Shown piece by piece: positions 40,946 to 54,076 of a stretch of DNA of 64,000 nucleotides. Position numbers and translations under genes: made by a program. The notes beneath the pieces are model-generated. The model saw only the letters and a program-made list of their open reading frames with translations, had not been told where the DNA came from and made no database searches. Within the stretch, counting starts at the first letter, position 1; each line of letters opens with the position of its first letter. The stretch covers positions 19,336,764 to 19,400,763 of the forward strand of contig NC_068995.1 of the NCBI RefSeq assembly GCF_001194135.2, written 5' to 3'. The DNA is from Octopus bimaculoides (taxonomy: Eukaryota).

Positions 40946-41697
40946 NNNNNNNNNNNNNNNNNNNNNNNNNNNNNNNNNNNNNNNNNNNNNNNNNNNNNNN
41001 NNNNNNNNNNNNNNNNNNNNNNNNNNNNNNNNNNNNNNNNNNNNNNNNNNNNNNNNNNNNNNNNNNNNNNNNNNNNNNNNNNNNNNNNNNNNNNNNNNNN
41101 NNNNNNNNNNNNNNNNNNNNNNNNNNNNNNNNNNNNNNNNNNNNNNNNNNNNNNNNNNNNNNNNNNNNNNNNNNNNNNNNNNNNNNNNNNNNNNNNNNNN
41201 NNNNNNNNNNNNNNNNNNNNNNNNNNNNNNNNNNNNNNNNNNNNNNNNNNNNNNNNNNNNNNNNNNNNNNNNNNNNNNNNNNNNNNNNNNNNNNNNNNNN
41301 NNNNNNNNNNNNNNNNNNNNNNNNNNNNNNNNNNNNNNNNNNNNNNNNNNNNNNNNNNNNNNNNNNNNNNNNNNNNNNNNNNNNNNNNNNNNNNNNNNNN
41401 NNNNNNNNNNNNNNNNNNNNNNNNNNNNNNNNNNNNNNNNNNNNNNNNNNNNNNNNNNNNNNNNNNNNNNNNNNNNNNNNNNNNNNNNNNNNNNNNNNNN
41501 NNNNNNNNNNNNNNNNNNNNNNNNNNNNNNNNNNNNNNNNNNNNNNNNNNNNNNNNNNNNNNNNNNNNNNNNNNNNNNNNNNNNNNNNNNNNNNNNNNNN
41601 NNNNNNNNNNNNNNNNNNNNNNNNNNNNNNNNNNNNNNNNNNNNNNNNNNNNNNNNNNNNNNNNNNNNNNNNNNNNNNNNNNNNNNNNNNNNNNNNN

Positions 41698-41747
<50 letters not shown>

Positions 41748-43921
41748 ATGTATGTATGTATGTGTGTATGTATACATACATTTATATATAAATATACTTA
41801 GAGTTTAATAAACGTTTGTAGTGAAGCGATAAATTAGCAATTGGTTTCCAGGAAGATAGGATTTCTTTGAAACTTTTTAGCAATTCATCAAATTATATGG
41901 AAAATTTTCTCTTTTTGTTTTCTTTTTTTCCATATACTAAGTACATGTCACACTGAGTATTAGTTAATTTTGTTTTGCAATATGGAATTTTGGAAATACC
42001 TGGACTCAAATATGGCTTTTTCTTTTTTTATTTCTATTACGTGTAAATTATTTTATAGCTGATGCATATTTGTGTGGGTTAGTCACTCGTTTATTGTGTA
42101 CCGTCTGAGAACCAACTCTGAGCAATTCGATTTGATCTTATTTTCGTCGCTGTATCTAGTAATATATCATTCCGTGTGTCTTTTGTTGTTTCAATACGAT
42201 AGTCTACTTGATCTGCTGTTGATTTTGGTGGGCAGATAATTCTAAGTTCAATAGTTCACTAAGTGTTTCCTTCATTGCAGGCCGGTTTAAAATTCACAGT
42301 AAATTTGAATGTGCAGCATAGATTCATTTTTCGTTTGATGATGTTTCTCTTTGCTAACGTTCCTAAACATCTTTGGAAAAGTCATAACCGTCGCTATATC
42401 TAGTTCCTGTTTTGCATGACATGCCAGCTCTTTATGTCTCACAGCACAAATAAATAAATGAATAAATTTCGAAGTAACAGTTATAAATCTGTTGTTCGAG
42501 CAGTCATAGGTTATCTATTGTGAACACATATTGTATATAGTTAATCAATCGAACTTTTATGTACGATGTACGCATACATATCCACCAAAGTTCCTTTCAT
42601 ATGTCTGCTTGTGTATCATTGTGCACATTCTAACATTTAGCCTTTAATTGTACGTCGTGCAATGGCGTTCCTTATCCATGTATTCACAGGTATCTCATCT
42701 GTCTCTGGATTACAGTAGTAGTTGTATTAGTTGTTCTTGTCGTTACTTGGTCATGCAGTTGAGGAGTATATGTATTATTGCAATACCTAGTGTTGTTGTT
42801 GCGTGTGCAGTTTTTCATGATATCATTCTCGTTTTTGCTGTTTTTGTTCCAGTTTTGGCTACTTTTATTGTTGCACTTGTGCCTTTTCTAGTTGCAGTTA
42901 TTTTCTTTTCCACCCCACCTATAACGTCTTACTACTTGACACAGTTTCCTTCTTATTTTCCTCGTGAAATCGATGAAGCAGCGGGTGTAGTAAGGGATGA
43001 TGGTTACTGTATTTGGGTGTATATGTGAAGTTTCTGCGAATGCTAGTTTTTAGATTAATCAGAACAGTATGTATTGTAACAATTTACTATATTTATCTCC
43101 ATTTGTTTTCATAATTCCCAGCTGAACACTAACACTGGAAATTTAAACATTGTAGTGTATTATAAAAAAAAAATTACTTCATATATTATAAAGTTATAAA
43201 ACAAAAGTAAAGATAACAAAATTGTTAATTCTAAAAGAAGTAGCAAAAACTGAAGATAATTCAAGATCTGTACGAATGCAATCAAAATACCTCTCTGTTC
43301 TAAATAAGCAGACAGAAAAACTGCGAAGAAGAATTTCTTATATAATAAGAGCGAAGAATTGTTCGACAAAACACAGTGAAAGCCATAAATTACACTGCAG
43401 TTTCAGAGATCGGAATGTAATGAACTCGGTCCAACACAGGCAAACCGAATGGTAGGTCATTAACCGAAAGAATAACAATATATCTAGTACCAATAACGGG
43501 GAATCAGAAAATATGTAGAACTATCACGAGTTATCCTTTGAGGTGAGTAACAAAAGGTAAGGTTACGAGGTGAAGATTGCGCTATTTGTGACGGACTGCT
43601 TAAATGAACATAACTGAGAGAGGGGGAAAAAAGAGAAAGAGTCACAGACAACGCAGACAAAGAGAGGGTGGAGTTGAAGAGTGAGCAAAGCCATTAAAAG
43701 AGTTACGGAAGTAGACTGTCAAAAACGGAAACGCAAGTTGTATAAGTGCGCAACAATACTCAGGAGGCTATTATATAAAATTGACCAGACTGAATCAACT
43801 GAAAATACACAATTGAACGTATTCTATTCGCTGTGATTTTATTCACAAAGATGTGAACATTTAGAAAGCTGGTTCACTTTCAGTGTGATGCTGGTTACGA
43901 AGGAAAACAAAATAGTAATAA

Positions 43922-44135
43922 AAGTAATTTCGTAGTGATATAGATAGTAGGAAGACAGTTCTATGTGACTTTACATACTCACACATACACATATATACTA
44001 ACACATGCACATATATATATATATACATGCATAGTTAGAATTCCTCAAGAAAAACATTTTCGCGCAAGGTACCTAGCAAATGATCTATATGCGTTAGCGC
44101 GCGTGTACATATGTTTGTGTGTAAACATGTGTATA
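43922..44135 (+). repeat. Copy 1 of a diverged direct duplication (partner 46353-46630)
   Basis: Shared colinear blocks agtaggaagacagttctatgt.actttacatactcacacata, atagttagaat and gcgcgtgta..tgtgtaaac.tgtgtata. Confidence 0.85.
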
Positions 44136-44187
44136 TCTATCTATCCATACGCATATGCACACACACACGCACACGCACACACACACA

Positions 44188-44223
<36 letters not shown>

Positions 44224-44407
44224 TATATATATATATATCTACATATATGACTATGAAGAGAAACAGAGAGAGATAATCACTCTGAACCATATCTCTTCGT
44301 ACATTTTCGTTTAAATTTTACAAGTTAAGTTGTGACATTCTTATCTCTCTCTCTCTCTCTCTCACTCTCTCTCTCTCTCTCTCTCCCTCTCTTAATATAT
44401 GTGTGTG

Positions 44408-44446
<39 letters not shown>

Positions 44447-44818
44447 ACGTGCGTCTGTGTGTGTGCGTCACGTCTGGTGACATATATGTAATGGCTGTAC
44501 TACTGATTATATCTAATAATGTAGAAATAGTAGTTCTCATCAGTAACATGTCTCCCGCTAATCGGATGTCTCTTCCTGCACAGCGTATCTCTTTTCTTTC
44601 TAGTATTTCTTTTGCATGAGATTATCCGAACTCAACATATCACATTTGCCACAAGGATTTTGTTTATTCCTCTCCCAAAGGGAAAATAATATCAATAAAT
44701 TAATAATTTGGTTCGTATTGTATGTAAAACAACTTAATTTGCCTTTTTTTTATATTCATTTCACTGTCAACTACGATCTATCTCTCTTAGCTCATTCTAG
44801 TTTAAATTGTATGCATAC

Positions 44819-44866
<48 letters not shown>

Positions 44867-45510
44867 TTATATATGTATCTGTAAGCATGTATACATGCTT
44901 ACACACACACACATGCGCACATGCATATATATGGGTATACTTATCTGTGTGCGCGCACATCTATGTATACATGTACGGATGCATGTACGTATGCATGTTT
45001 GTATGTATGTATTATCAATGGAAATTGCGTTACGTGATTAAAGATTTTGTCATCTTCGCTACCCAAATGGGAATCGAAATTCTTTACGAACTTACCATAT
45101 ATTACAGAGATGCTAAAACTTCAACTATAACAAAACAATAACAGTAATGGTATCGATATTACTGATATTGCCGTTCTTAGAAGCGATGTTAGTGGCGGTG
45201 GCGCTGGTTAGTGTATAGTGGCGATGACACACTTCATGATGATGATGATGATGATGATGATGTTGATGATGACGACGACGATGATGACACTGATGATGAT
45301 TCTTATTGTATTATTACCAAGAGACAAGAACAATTACATATATATATATATATATATATATACTTACTTGATAGTGTCTATAGAAAAAGCAGCAATGGCT
45401 TTAACGCTACGTGGTTTATCGGAAAGTAGGAAGACATAAACATCACCCAATCTCATTTGCTCACATTTTATATAGAAGCTGAGGACTTCTAACTAATACG
45501 GGAAATCAAT

Positions 45511-45592
45511 CTATCGATCTTGGACGAATGAAAGGCAAAGCCACCCTACATATAGTTTTGAGACTAGATCACTGGCGTATACAGACAGATAT
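45511..45592 (+). repeat. Left arm of an 82-bp perfect inverted repeat (includes a SINE A fragment)
   Basis: Exact reverse complement of 46464-46545. Confidence 0.95.
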
Positions 45593-46024
45593 CGTAATTG
45601 TATACAATGACAATAAAAACAGAATTGAATTGAATACATACTGCAAAGCATTCAGTTTGTTTCTTTACCATTGACTGTGTCTGATAATATTTGCCACTAT
45701 GGCATGACACTTCAAACGTGCTTTGTTTTGTTTTGTGTTTTTCATGATAGGAAATAGAAATTCAAGATCGCTAACGGGGTTTCCAATCCCATGATGTCTA
45801 ACTTCCCGAATATTCCAATGCTATTTCATTAAATATTTGGGTTTTTTTTTTTATGTTTTAATATTTTACTCTGGAAGAAGAACCTTATAGTTCGCTTGAA
45901 GCATTGCAGCATAGAAGTAAAATAATGAACGGAAAGGTAAGGGGGAAAGCTACTAACACTGCAGAAAAGAGCCGTTATATATTTCAGGCAAAAGAAGGAT
46001 ACTTTCAAAGAAATGTGCGTCTAT

Positions 46025-46049
46025 GTAGATCCTGCCAGGCAGGATCTAC
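46025..46049. repeat. Perfect 12-bp palindrome arms, 1-nt spacer
   Basis: GTAGATCCTGCC-A-GGCAGGATCTAC. Confidence 0.95.
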
Positions 46050-46165
46050 TGAGTCACATATTTCTTTGACTGTATCCTTTATGTTCTTCAATTTCCTTCT
46101 CTTCATTTTGAAAACCTTTTCTTATGTCCTTTTCTGTTTATTACTTTATTAAAGATTAATAATAA

Positions 46166-46261
46166 TGGTGAGCCGTCAGGATCGGTAAAGCATCGAGAAA
46201 ATTGCTTGGCGATATTTATTTCAGACACTTATGCTCTGATTTTAAAATTCAGGCGAAGTCT
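46166..46261 (+). mobile_element. SINE family A head, degenerate
   Basis: ggtgagccgtcaggatcggtaaagcatcg..aaattcaggcgaagtct. Confidence 0.6.
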
Positions 46262-46352
46262 AAGTTGTTTTCATTCTTTCGGCCTCAATGGTGTCGACAA
46301 CGCCACTTTCCTCAAAATTGATGGTCTTGTACATAAAGCGGGAATATAATAG

Positions 46353-46630
46353 AAGTACTTTCGTACGGATAGACAGTAGGAAGACAGTTCTATGTAACTT
46401 TACATACTCACACATATACACACACGCTAACTCATGCACACACATATATACATATACATATACATATCTGTCTGTATACGCCAGTGATCTAGTCTCAAAA
46501 CTATATGTAGGGTGGCTTTGCCTTTCATTCGTCCAAGATCGATAGTTAGAATGCTTCAAAAAAGCATGGTTCAAGTATTCTAAATGCGTTTGAGCGCGTG
46601 TATATGTGTTTTTGTGTAAACTTGTGTATA
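46353..46630 (+). repeat. Copy 2 of the diverged direct duplication, carrying the 82-bp inverted insert at 46464-46545
   Basis: Aligns to 43922-44135 on both sides of the insert. Confidence 0.85.
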
Positions 46631-47216
46631 GCACCAATCTCGTTCAAAGCATTCAAAATATGTAAAGAGAAACAGTTGTAAGAATTCACGTGACATACGC
46701 AGTAGAGCACTATGAAGCGGTCCATGGAAATACCGAAACTGTAATTGAATGTATCAGCGTTTATTTTTGAACTTAATTATTCACAAATTACTAAACGTAA
46801 TGCAAAAAAATTTCTACGGTCATTTCCATTATTTGTGTTGGGCATCGACTAAAAGAAACGGATTACTTGTACTAATATATATTTATATGGATATAATAGC
46901 ACACACTCAAATTATCGATATACAAAAATGCATATATATATATATATGCATACCAATATGTATAAGTGAGGGCGAGCGAAGATATGTATGCGTACGGAAT
47001 GTGTTCCTTTTTTTAGTGCGTGAATTGTCATGTGTGTATTTGTTTGTGTGTGTATGCTGGCATGGTGGATATGGTTGCGTACATGTGTCCGTATGGTTGA
47101 TTACATCGCTCACAAAGTGAATGCATTAGTCTACCTTTAAAACAATGGAATAAATTTATACAAAGACATATTTTTATATACCAAATTAAGCAATATGGGT
47201 GTGTGCTCATACATAA

Positions 47217-47258
<42 letters not shown>

Positions 47259-48957
47259 TACAGTTATTTCACCCTATATCCACATTAACAATGAGAACTA
47301 CTCTATAATTCCAAATCCATTGTGAATTCTATTCCCGTTATTGATTGTGTGTGAGTAGGCGCCATCACGCACAGGTGTGTGTAAAACACGAATTATGGGG
47401 GAACCCGATCATACAGATGTAACAATTTGTCTGCGATCATTCGACCATACGGACATATTGCACCTACATATATACATACATACACAAACAAATTTATCCA
47501 TAAGGAACAAAACCCGAAAACGTGGTAAAAATAAAAACAAATAGGGTTTATGAGGCTGATCCTCCTGAAAATTTGAAGTCTTTAGCCTTTCGAGCGTATG
47601 TTCGTCTTCAAAAAGGATACATGAGGAAAGAAATACAGGGACACGTGCTTGCGCGCGGCGTGCGCATGCATTTGTGTGTGTATTGCTGAAAGGCTGCATG
47701 GAAAGACAACAACGGACCATTTAGAAAACAGAAAAATCTCACAGAGGACGTTTACACACTCATCACCCACCAATCAGTTATAGACAAAACGTCATCAGAG
47801 TTTCGATGCCTTATCGATAGCACTTATGCTTTTTAGTAGCATATGGCTTACCGTTTTAGTTTCGCTTGTTCAATATAGAAAAGTCTTCAAGAGTACCTGA
47901 AACGTTTTTATTTCACTTTCAAAGAATTCAAACATACTCACACAACAGCTAGTGGCTCTACCAAACAACAACGAATTTCTTCTGTATTTCACCCGGGTAG
48001 GACAAACTACTTAATCTCCTTCAAAGTGCATCATTATATCTTAAAAATAGAAGGTCGTATTCCACAACGTATGTAATACACTAAGAAATAAATCCAATTG
48101 ACTATCTCGGTTCAGTTACCTTTAAACATATTTCTTGTACACTAGGCAGCACTTAAAGGTAAATAATTACAGATGATTCTAAAACTCTGAGTGAGTCTTA
48201 AAGACTTGTATTCATATAAGTTTTAGGAGATGAAACAATTGAAGTCATTTTTGAAGCTACATCGGTCTGTTGATAGGGCTATTACTTGAGAAGAGCTGTG
48301 CAATACTCTTTATACATTAAGTACCTTGCCAAACATAATGCCATTTACGCTGTATCTATGAGTAACAAGCATTTTCTAGTCAAATAAGTCGGCCATTTTG
48401 CTTTTATATTTTACAAATAAACTGGGTGAAAAAAATAAATATGTATATAGGTTGAAAAATATTCAAAAACTAGAGCAAAATATGCCTAGGGAGAGATATA
48501 TTTCTTTTATACTGAAATATTTGTTATGTTTTCTTGTTGAGAGAAAACAAAGCTAAAAGCTAAAATAGAATGTTACGTATTAAAAAAAATGTCCGTGATA
48601 AATACAAACGTTAAATTTAAAAATAGACGTATTTTAGTTTATTGAATAGTTTTTATTTTTAACTTATCAAACATTCTTTGTGAAGATGAAATAAAATTGT
48701 CTCAGTCTTTCTCTAGAGGCTTCGATTTTAAATAAATATTGGAGAAACGCCCGAGGTTTCGATGTTCATTATGACTATGCGTATGTAAGGTAAGTATACG
48801 GCTTCTATGTTTGTAGCAATTCCTATTTATTTATTTTTTGTTTGCTTCAAAATTTACGATTTTTTCAATTTTATTGTTGTTGTTGTTGTTGCTGTTTTTA
48901 TTGTTTTTGTTGCTGCTGTTGTTGTTGTTACTTTTGTTCTCGTTATAGTTGTTCTTA

Positions 48958-49407
48958 GGGCAGCGAGGTGGCTGAATCCTTAAGCACGCCGGGCAAAATG
49001 CTTAGCGTATTTCGTCCAGTTTACATTCTGAGTTCAAGTCCCATCGCCTCCGACTTTGCCTATCATCCTTTCAGGGTTCATAAAATAATAATCAGTTGAG
49101 CACCGAGGTCAATGTAAACGAGGTAGCCCTCCCCAGAAGTTGCTGGCCTTGTGCCAAAATTTGAAACCATTGTTGTTGTTTTTGTTATTAAAGCAACGGG
49201 CTGGGTGAATAGTTAGGTATTGAACAAATTTCTGAACAGCATTTCTTTCGCCGCCTTAGATTATTAGATGAAATGCCAATGAATTCGACTTTTCCTTTAA
49301 TCTTTATAGGGTCGATAAAATAAGTGCCAATCAAGCAGTGGGTTCTCTGTTATCGACTAGCGCCTCTCTGTAAAAGTGTTAGCCTCGAGACAAAATTAGA
49401 AAGGCAT
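48958..49407 (+). mobile_element. Two tandem SINE family A copies (48958-49168 and a more diverged 49191-49407)
   Basis: Each has head, gggtcgataaaataag-type body and aaaatt[ta]gaaa tail. Confidence 0.8.
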
Positions 49408-51004
49408 ACAGTTATTATCGGAGTATTAGTTGTTTTGGTACTATTGTTGCTGCCGTCTTTGCCGCTGCTGCTGCTGCTGCTATTGCTGTAAAATGTTACA
49501 GTCCCTAGAACATCTTTACAAGATATGTTCTCTAAAGGATATTCGGAGGATTTTCTTTCCCTTTACAAATTGTTCCGAAATATTTTTACCCTCCACGATG
49601 TTGCTTCTGATGAAATAAAATTCTTTTATTTTTTTCGACAATTTTTGCGTGCGTACCTTTTGTTTTGTTCTTAGTAGTTCAGTAAGAACACTTCTGTAGG
49701 AGCAAGGTAAAGTAAAATACATTAGGGAATATCTCCACAGTATCAGTTTTCTAAGCCCCAAAATACAACAGAGAGAGTTACAATATTGAAAACAAACAAT
49801 TAAAAACAGTGTTAGCTTTAAACTGACAGATACAAATGAAAAAGAATAGAGTAGACGCAAACTTAATTTCTAGAATTCTCGGAAGTTCGAACACCTCAAC
49901 TTACATGGGCGATCGTAGTAGAATTGGGTAGATATCGCTTTCTTTCATTTTTACCATGTGGCGACTTTAACGTGCGGTGGATGCAGTTTCATTGTATTAA
50001 TTTCTGAACAACGATCAGTTTATTATAGTGATTTAGAACACAATTTTAGGAAGAATGTTATAGTTATATTAGGAAGACATTCGAAATCGAGAAATTTAAT
50101 ATGATGGAAATGAAACGGGGAAAATTCATAAAATGAACTCGAATAAAATTTACCCGTTGCCGAGAATAGAAAATAATTTCAAGTAGAAAAATCGCATAAG
50201 AATTACGGAGTGCTGGAGAGAGACTAAAAGTATAAACATAACAAAAGTTTTCTGTAAAGAATGTTTTCACACAATGAAATTTTTTTCATAATCGATATTG
50301 AATGTCATGAAAATCATTCAATCAATACAATTTTGAACTTCTTATATTGGAAAGTTGCAGACTTAAAAAGAGGTTTAATTTACGTCGGTGAGACAGTATA
50401 ACTAGAGAAAACATTTTCTCCAAGTTTGTTGATACTCAATGTAAGAAACGGAGAAATGCGGAAAATAAACTAAGCGAACTTTGAAAGACAGAAACTTCAT
50501 CCTTTGTTATTGAAAAGAACAAAGAAAATAGGGAATGGCAAGAAGAGTTCATCCTGGAGAGTTCATCCTGGAAAAGATAATTGAAGAAAAAGATGGAGGG
50601 AATAATTTTATGACCCCAGGTTGTAATTGTAGATTGGATGAAGCAGTACTGTTCGCCCAATGTTAGAATTTGGGAATATTCAAAGGTGGTTGCCTTTCAC
50701 GTTGTATCTGAGTGTCCATATTTTACATAGAAAGTACGCAAAAAACGTGGACATGACAATACTCTTGAAATAATTCTCTAGGATTGTTTCAAGTTATTGG
50801 GTTTTGCATACACAGAAAATAGTTATGGCCATTTTGTGAGCAAAAAAAAGTAAGTACACGAATGGAAGAACTCTAATTTAAAATCTGAGAAGACTATTAG
50901 ACATAACAAAGAGTATAATGCCCGAAAAATGCCACGAAGCATTTTCTCCAGGATTTTTTTTAAATGCCAGTTCACCGCAATATATAATAACAATAATTCA
51001 TTCT

Positions 51005-51495
51005 GTTATTGGCACAAAACCTGAAATCTTGTGGAAGAGATACTCGGTTACATCGACCCAGTACCTATCAATCGGTACTTAATTTATCGACCTCGAAATG
51101 ATGAAAAACAAAGTACACCTCAGTGATATTTGAACTCAGAACATAAAGGTAGAAGAAATGCCGCTAAACATATTGTGCGCTTCAGTCCAGTGTAGAGCTC
51201 ACTGCCTTAATAATCCTTTCAACATTAGCAAAAAGCCTGAAAGTCTGCAGAGCAGAGGTAATTGGGTACACAGACTCCAGTGCTCAACGAGTAACGAAAC
51301 ATAATTCTTTAAATTTCGGCAATAGTCCAGCAACTTCAGCAGAATGGGAAAATCAATTAGATCGAGCCCTGTACTGTACGATTACTTATTTTATCAACGC
51401 TTAAAGAATGAAATGTAATGTTCTGGGTAAAATTTCAACTAGGGACGATTCAAAGCCGCACGAAATACTGCAAAAGATTTTGTTCCATTTGCTAC
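51005..51495 (-). mobile_element. Cluster of degenerate SINE family A copies
   Basis: ttggcacaaaacctgaaat..tacttaatttatcgacc..atttgaactcagaac (51005-51210), followed by further tail and body fragments. Confidence 0.7.
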
Positions 51496-51544
51496 GAGCA
51501 AAATACCGCTAAGTATTTCTTCTGGCGCGCGTTGCCTTTACAAT

Positions 51545-51571
51545 GATTATGATGATTATGATGACGCTGAC

Positions 51572-51615
<44 letters not shown>

Positions 51616-51629
51616 TGATGATGATGATA

Positions 51630-51673
<44 letters not shown>

Positions 51674-51675
51674 AT
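51545..51675. repeat. (GAC)n/(GAT)n compound microsatellite
   Basis: Direct reading. Confidence 0.95.
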
Positions 51676-51679
51676 ATTA

Positions 51680-52210
51680 AGATCTTGGAAAAATTGAGCA
51701 ATGTTTAATAGGAAACTGGAGAAATGGGAAAAAGACCGACCGATAAAAATTAGAGAAGAAATATAAAATACGAAAGAACGGGCTTGATGCAGTAACAGCG
51801 TTAAAACAGAGGATCATGGCAAAAAGCCAGAAGATCAGAAGATTTATAAACAGAAATAAGTAGTTCAATGAGAACAGATTGTTCAAAAATAACCCGCAGC
51901 AATTCTTCCCAAAGTTATAAAGAGACAATGGGGAAAATGCTGCTCCTGATGCAAATCAAATCAAGGAGTTCTGGAGCAGATTATGGGGAAAATATGAGGT
52001 GCATAAAAGGGATGCAATATGGATAAGAAATATCATGACAGAATTACAAGGAGAAAAGAAACAAAGGAATATTTTCATAAGCACGGGTGATGTGAAAGAA
52101 AAGTGGATAAAGTACCTAACTGGAACAACCCCGGACCAAATGGGATTCATGGATTCTGGCTGAAGAGGTACCACGTGGTGCATGAAAGACTAGCAGACCA
52201 ATTGAGTGAG
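51680..52210 (+). mobile_element. R4/Dong-like non-LTR retrotransposon fragment (pre-RT region and RT domain 0)
   Basis: LKQRIMAKSQKIRRF..NENRLFKNNPQQFF..P..IKEFWSRLWG..VPNWNNPGPNGIHGFWLKRY, matching the NWKAPGPDxIxxFWLK motif; stops and a frameshift present. Confidence 0.85.
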
Positions 52211-52214
52211 GGGA

Positions 52215-52340
52215 GGCGAACAACAACAGGAACATGAGCAACAACAACAACAAGGAGGAGGAGGAGGAGGAGAACAACAGGAACAAGAGCAACAACAACA
52301 GCATCAACAACAACAACAACAATAATAATAATAATGATGA

Positions 52341-52399
<59 letters not shown>

Positions 52400-52400
52400 T
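52215..52400. repeat. (AAC/GAG/AAT)n compound microsatellite
   Basis: Direct reading. Confidence 0.95.
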
Positions 52401-52737
52401 TACAATTATGTATTTCCAACATTTTCTTAATATTATGGTTCATATTGTTATTGTTGTTATTTCTATTATGTTTCACGTTATGATGTCATTCAAAATGTTC
52501 CTGTTGCTATTATATTTTAGTTGTGATTCGTACTAACGTAACTTGTTTCATGTAATATATAGAAAAATATGCTATTCCTGTAAGCTATTTATTTATAGCA
52601 TCGCCAAATACAATTGGCATTTCCAACGATTAACATTTCCGACAAAAGAACAAAGAACAGAAAATAAAGAGAAACACTGATTTCATGTTGGCCTTCATTC
52701 AGGAAAAAAATTTAAAATACATTTTTGCGTGAATGTT

Positions 52738-52905
52738 TCATCATCACCATCATCGTCATCATCATCATCAGCAGCAGCAGCAGCATCATCTCCATCATCA
52801 TCACCTTCTTCTTCTTCTCCTTCTTCTTCTTCTTCTTCTTCTTCTTCTTCTTCTTCTTCTTCTTCTTCTTCTTTTTCTTCTTCTTCTTCCTTTTCCCCTC
52901 CTCCC
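52738..52905. repeat. (CAT)(CAG)(CTT)n compound microsatellite abutting a gap
   Basis: Direct reading. Confidence 0.95.
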
Positions 52906-53317
52906 NNNNNNNNNNNNNNNNNNNNNNNNNNNNNNNNNNNNNNNNNNNNNNNNNNNNNNNNNNNNNNNNNNNNNNNNNNNNNNNNNNNNNNNNNNNNNNN
53001 NNNNNNNNNNNNNNNNNNNNNNNNNNNNNNNNNNNNNNNNNNNNNNNNNNNNNNNNNNNNNNNNNNNNNNNNNNNNNNNNNNNNNNNNNNNNNNNNNNNN
53101 NNNNNNNNNNNNNNNNNNNNNNNNNNNNNNNNNNNNNNNNNNNNNNNNNNNNNNNNNNNNNNNNNNNNNNNNNNNNNNNNNNNNNNNNNNNNNNNNNNNN
53201 NNNNNNNNNNNNNNNNNNNNNNNNNNNNNNNNNNNNNNNNNNNNNNNNNNNNNNNNNNNNNNNNNNNNNNNNNNNNNNNNNNNNNNNNNNNNNNNNNNNN
53301 NNNNNNNNNNNNNNNNN

Positions 53318-53607
53318 GTGAATTATTCAAATACCAAAGAATTCCTCTCAACTCAAAACTATGATGACCTCATTACTTCTGCTCGTGATCAGAGATGCAC
53401 AAATCGTCAGCCATAAAGAGACATACTCAAGTGGTTAACTGACACGCTCAACTGACAAACAAATCTGTGGTATTGAGCAGAATATTTTTGTAAGACAAAA
53501 CAATGTACATGATAACACTTCCAATCATTTAAGATCAGAAGCCATGAGACCCAATGCCTGGTTCTGCATTAGGGCATAGCCTGTCCATCGTACTGTATCA
53601 TTATTAC

Positions 53608-53672
<65 letters not shown>

Positions 53673-54076
53673 GAGCAGTGCATGCCATCAAAGTGACACT
53701 GGGGTAAAATATACGAAGCCCACTATACCCATCATGACTACCCGTCTGATAAGGGTACACCAGCCACATGCATCACAACCATATGTGCGCGACATGGTGA
53801 TCTCATATGAAAATAAACAGCGCATGACCTCCCAGGCGGGGCCCACATAGAATTTTCTTCAGGTCGAGTAGCCCATCCAGCTCAAAAGGTCCTTGAATAA
53901 GGTGTGTTTAAGGATGTTGAGCAAAACAACCATGTTTCCAAAGGGGAATTATTTAAACCCCAAAGAATTCCTCCCAACACATGGCTATGATGGTCCCCTA
54001 CTACTTCTGTTGATAAGAGATGCACATATCGTCAGCCACCAAGACAAAAGAATGTACAGGATAACACTTCCAATCA
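53318..54076 (-). mobile_element. Two head-to-tail copies of a non-coding interspersed repeat (53318-53575 and 53672-54076) separated by (TAT)n
   Basis: Copies share gaattatt..ccaaagaattcctc..gagatgcaca.atcgtcagcca and aagacaaaa.aatgtaca.gataacacttccaatca; the right copy lacks about 70 bp present in the left. Orientation inferred from the (AAT)n-abutting end. Confidence 0.75.
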
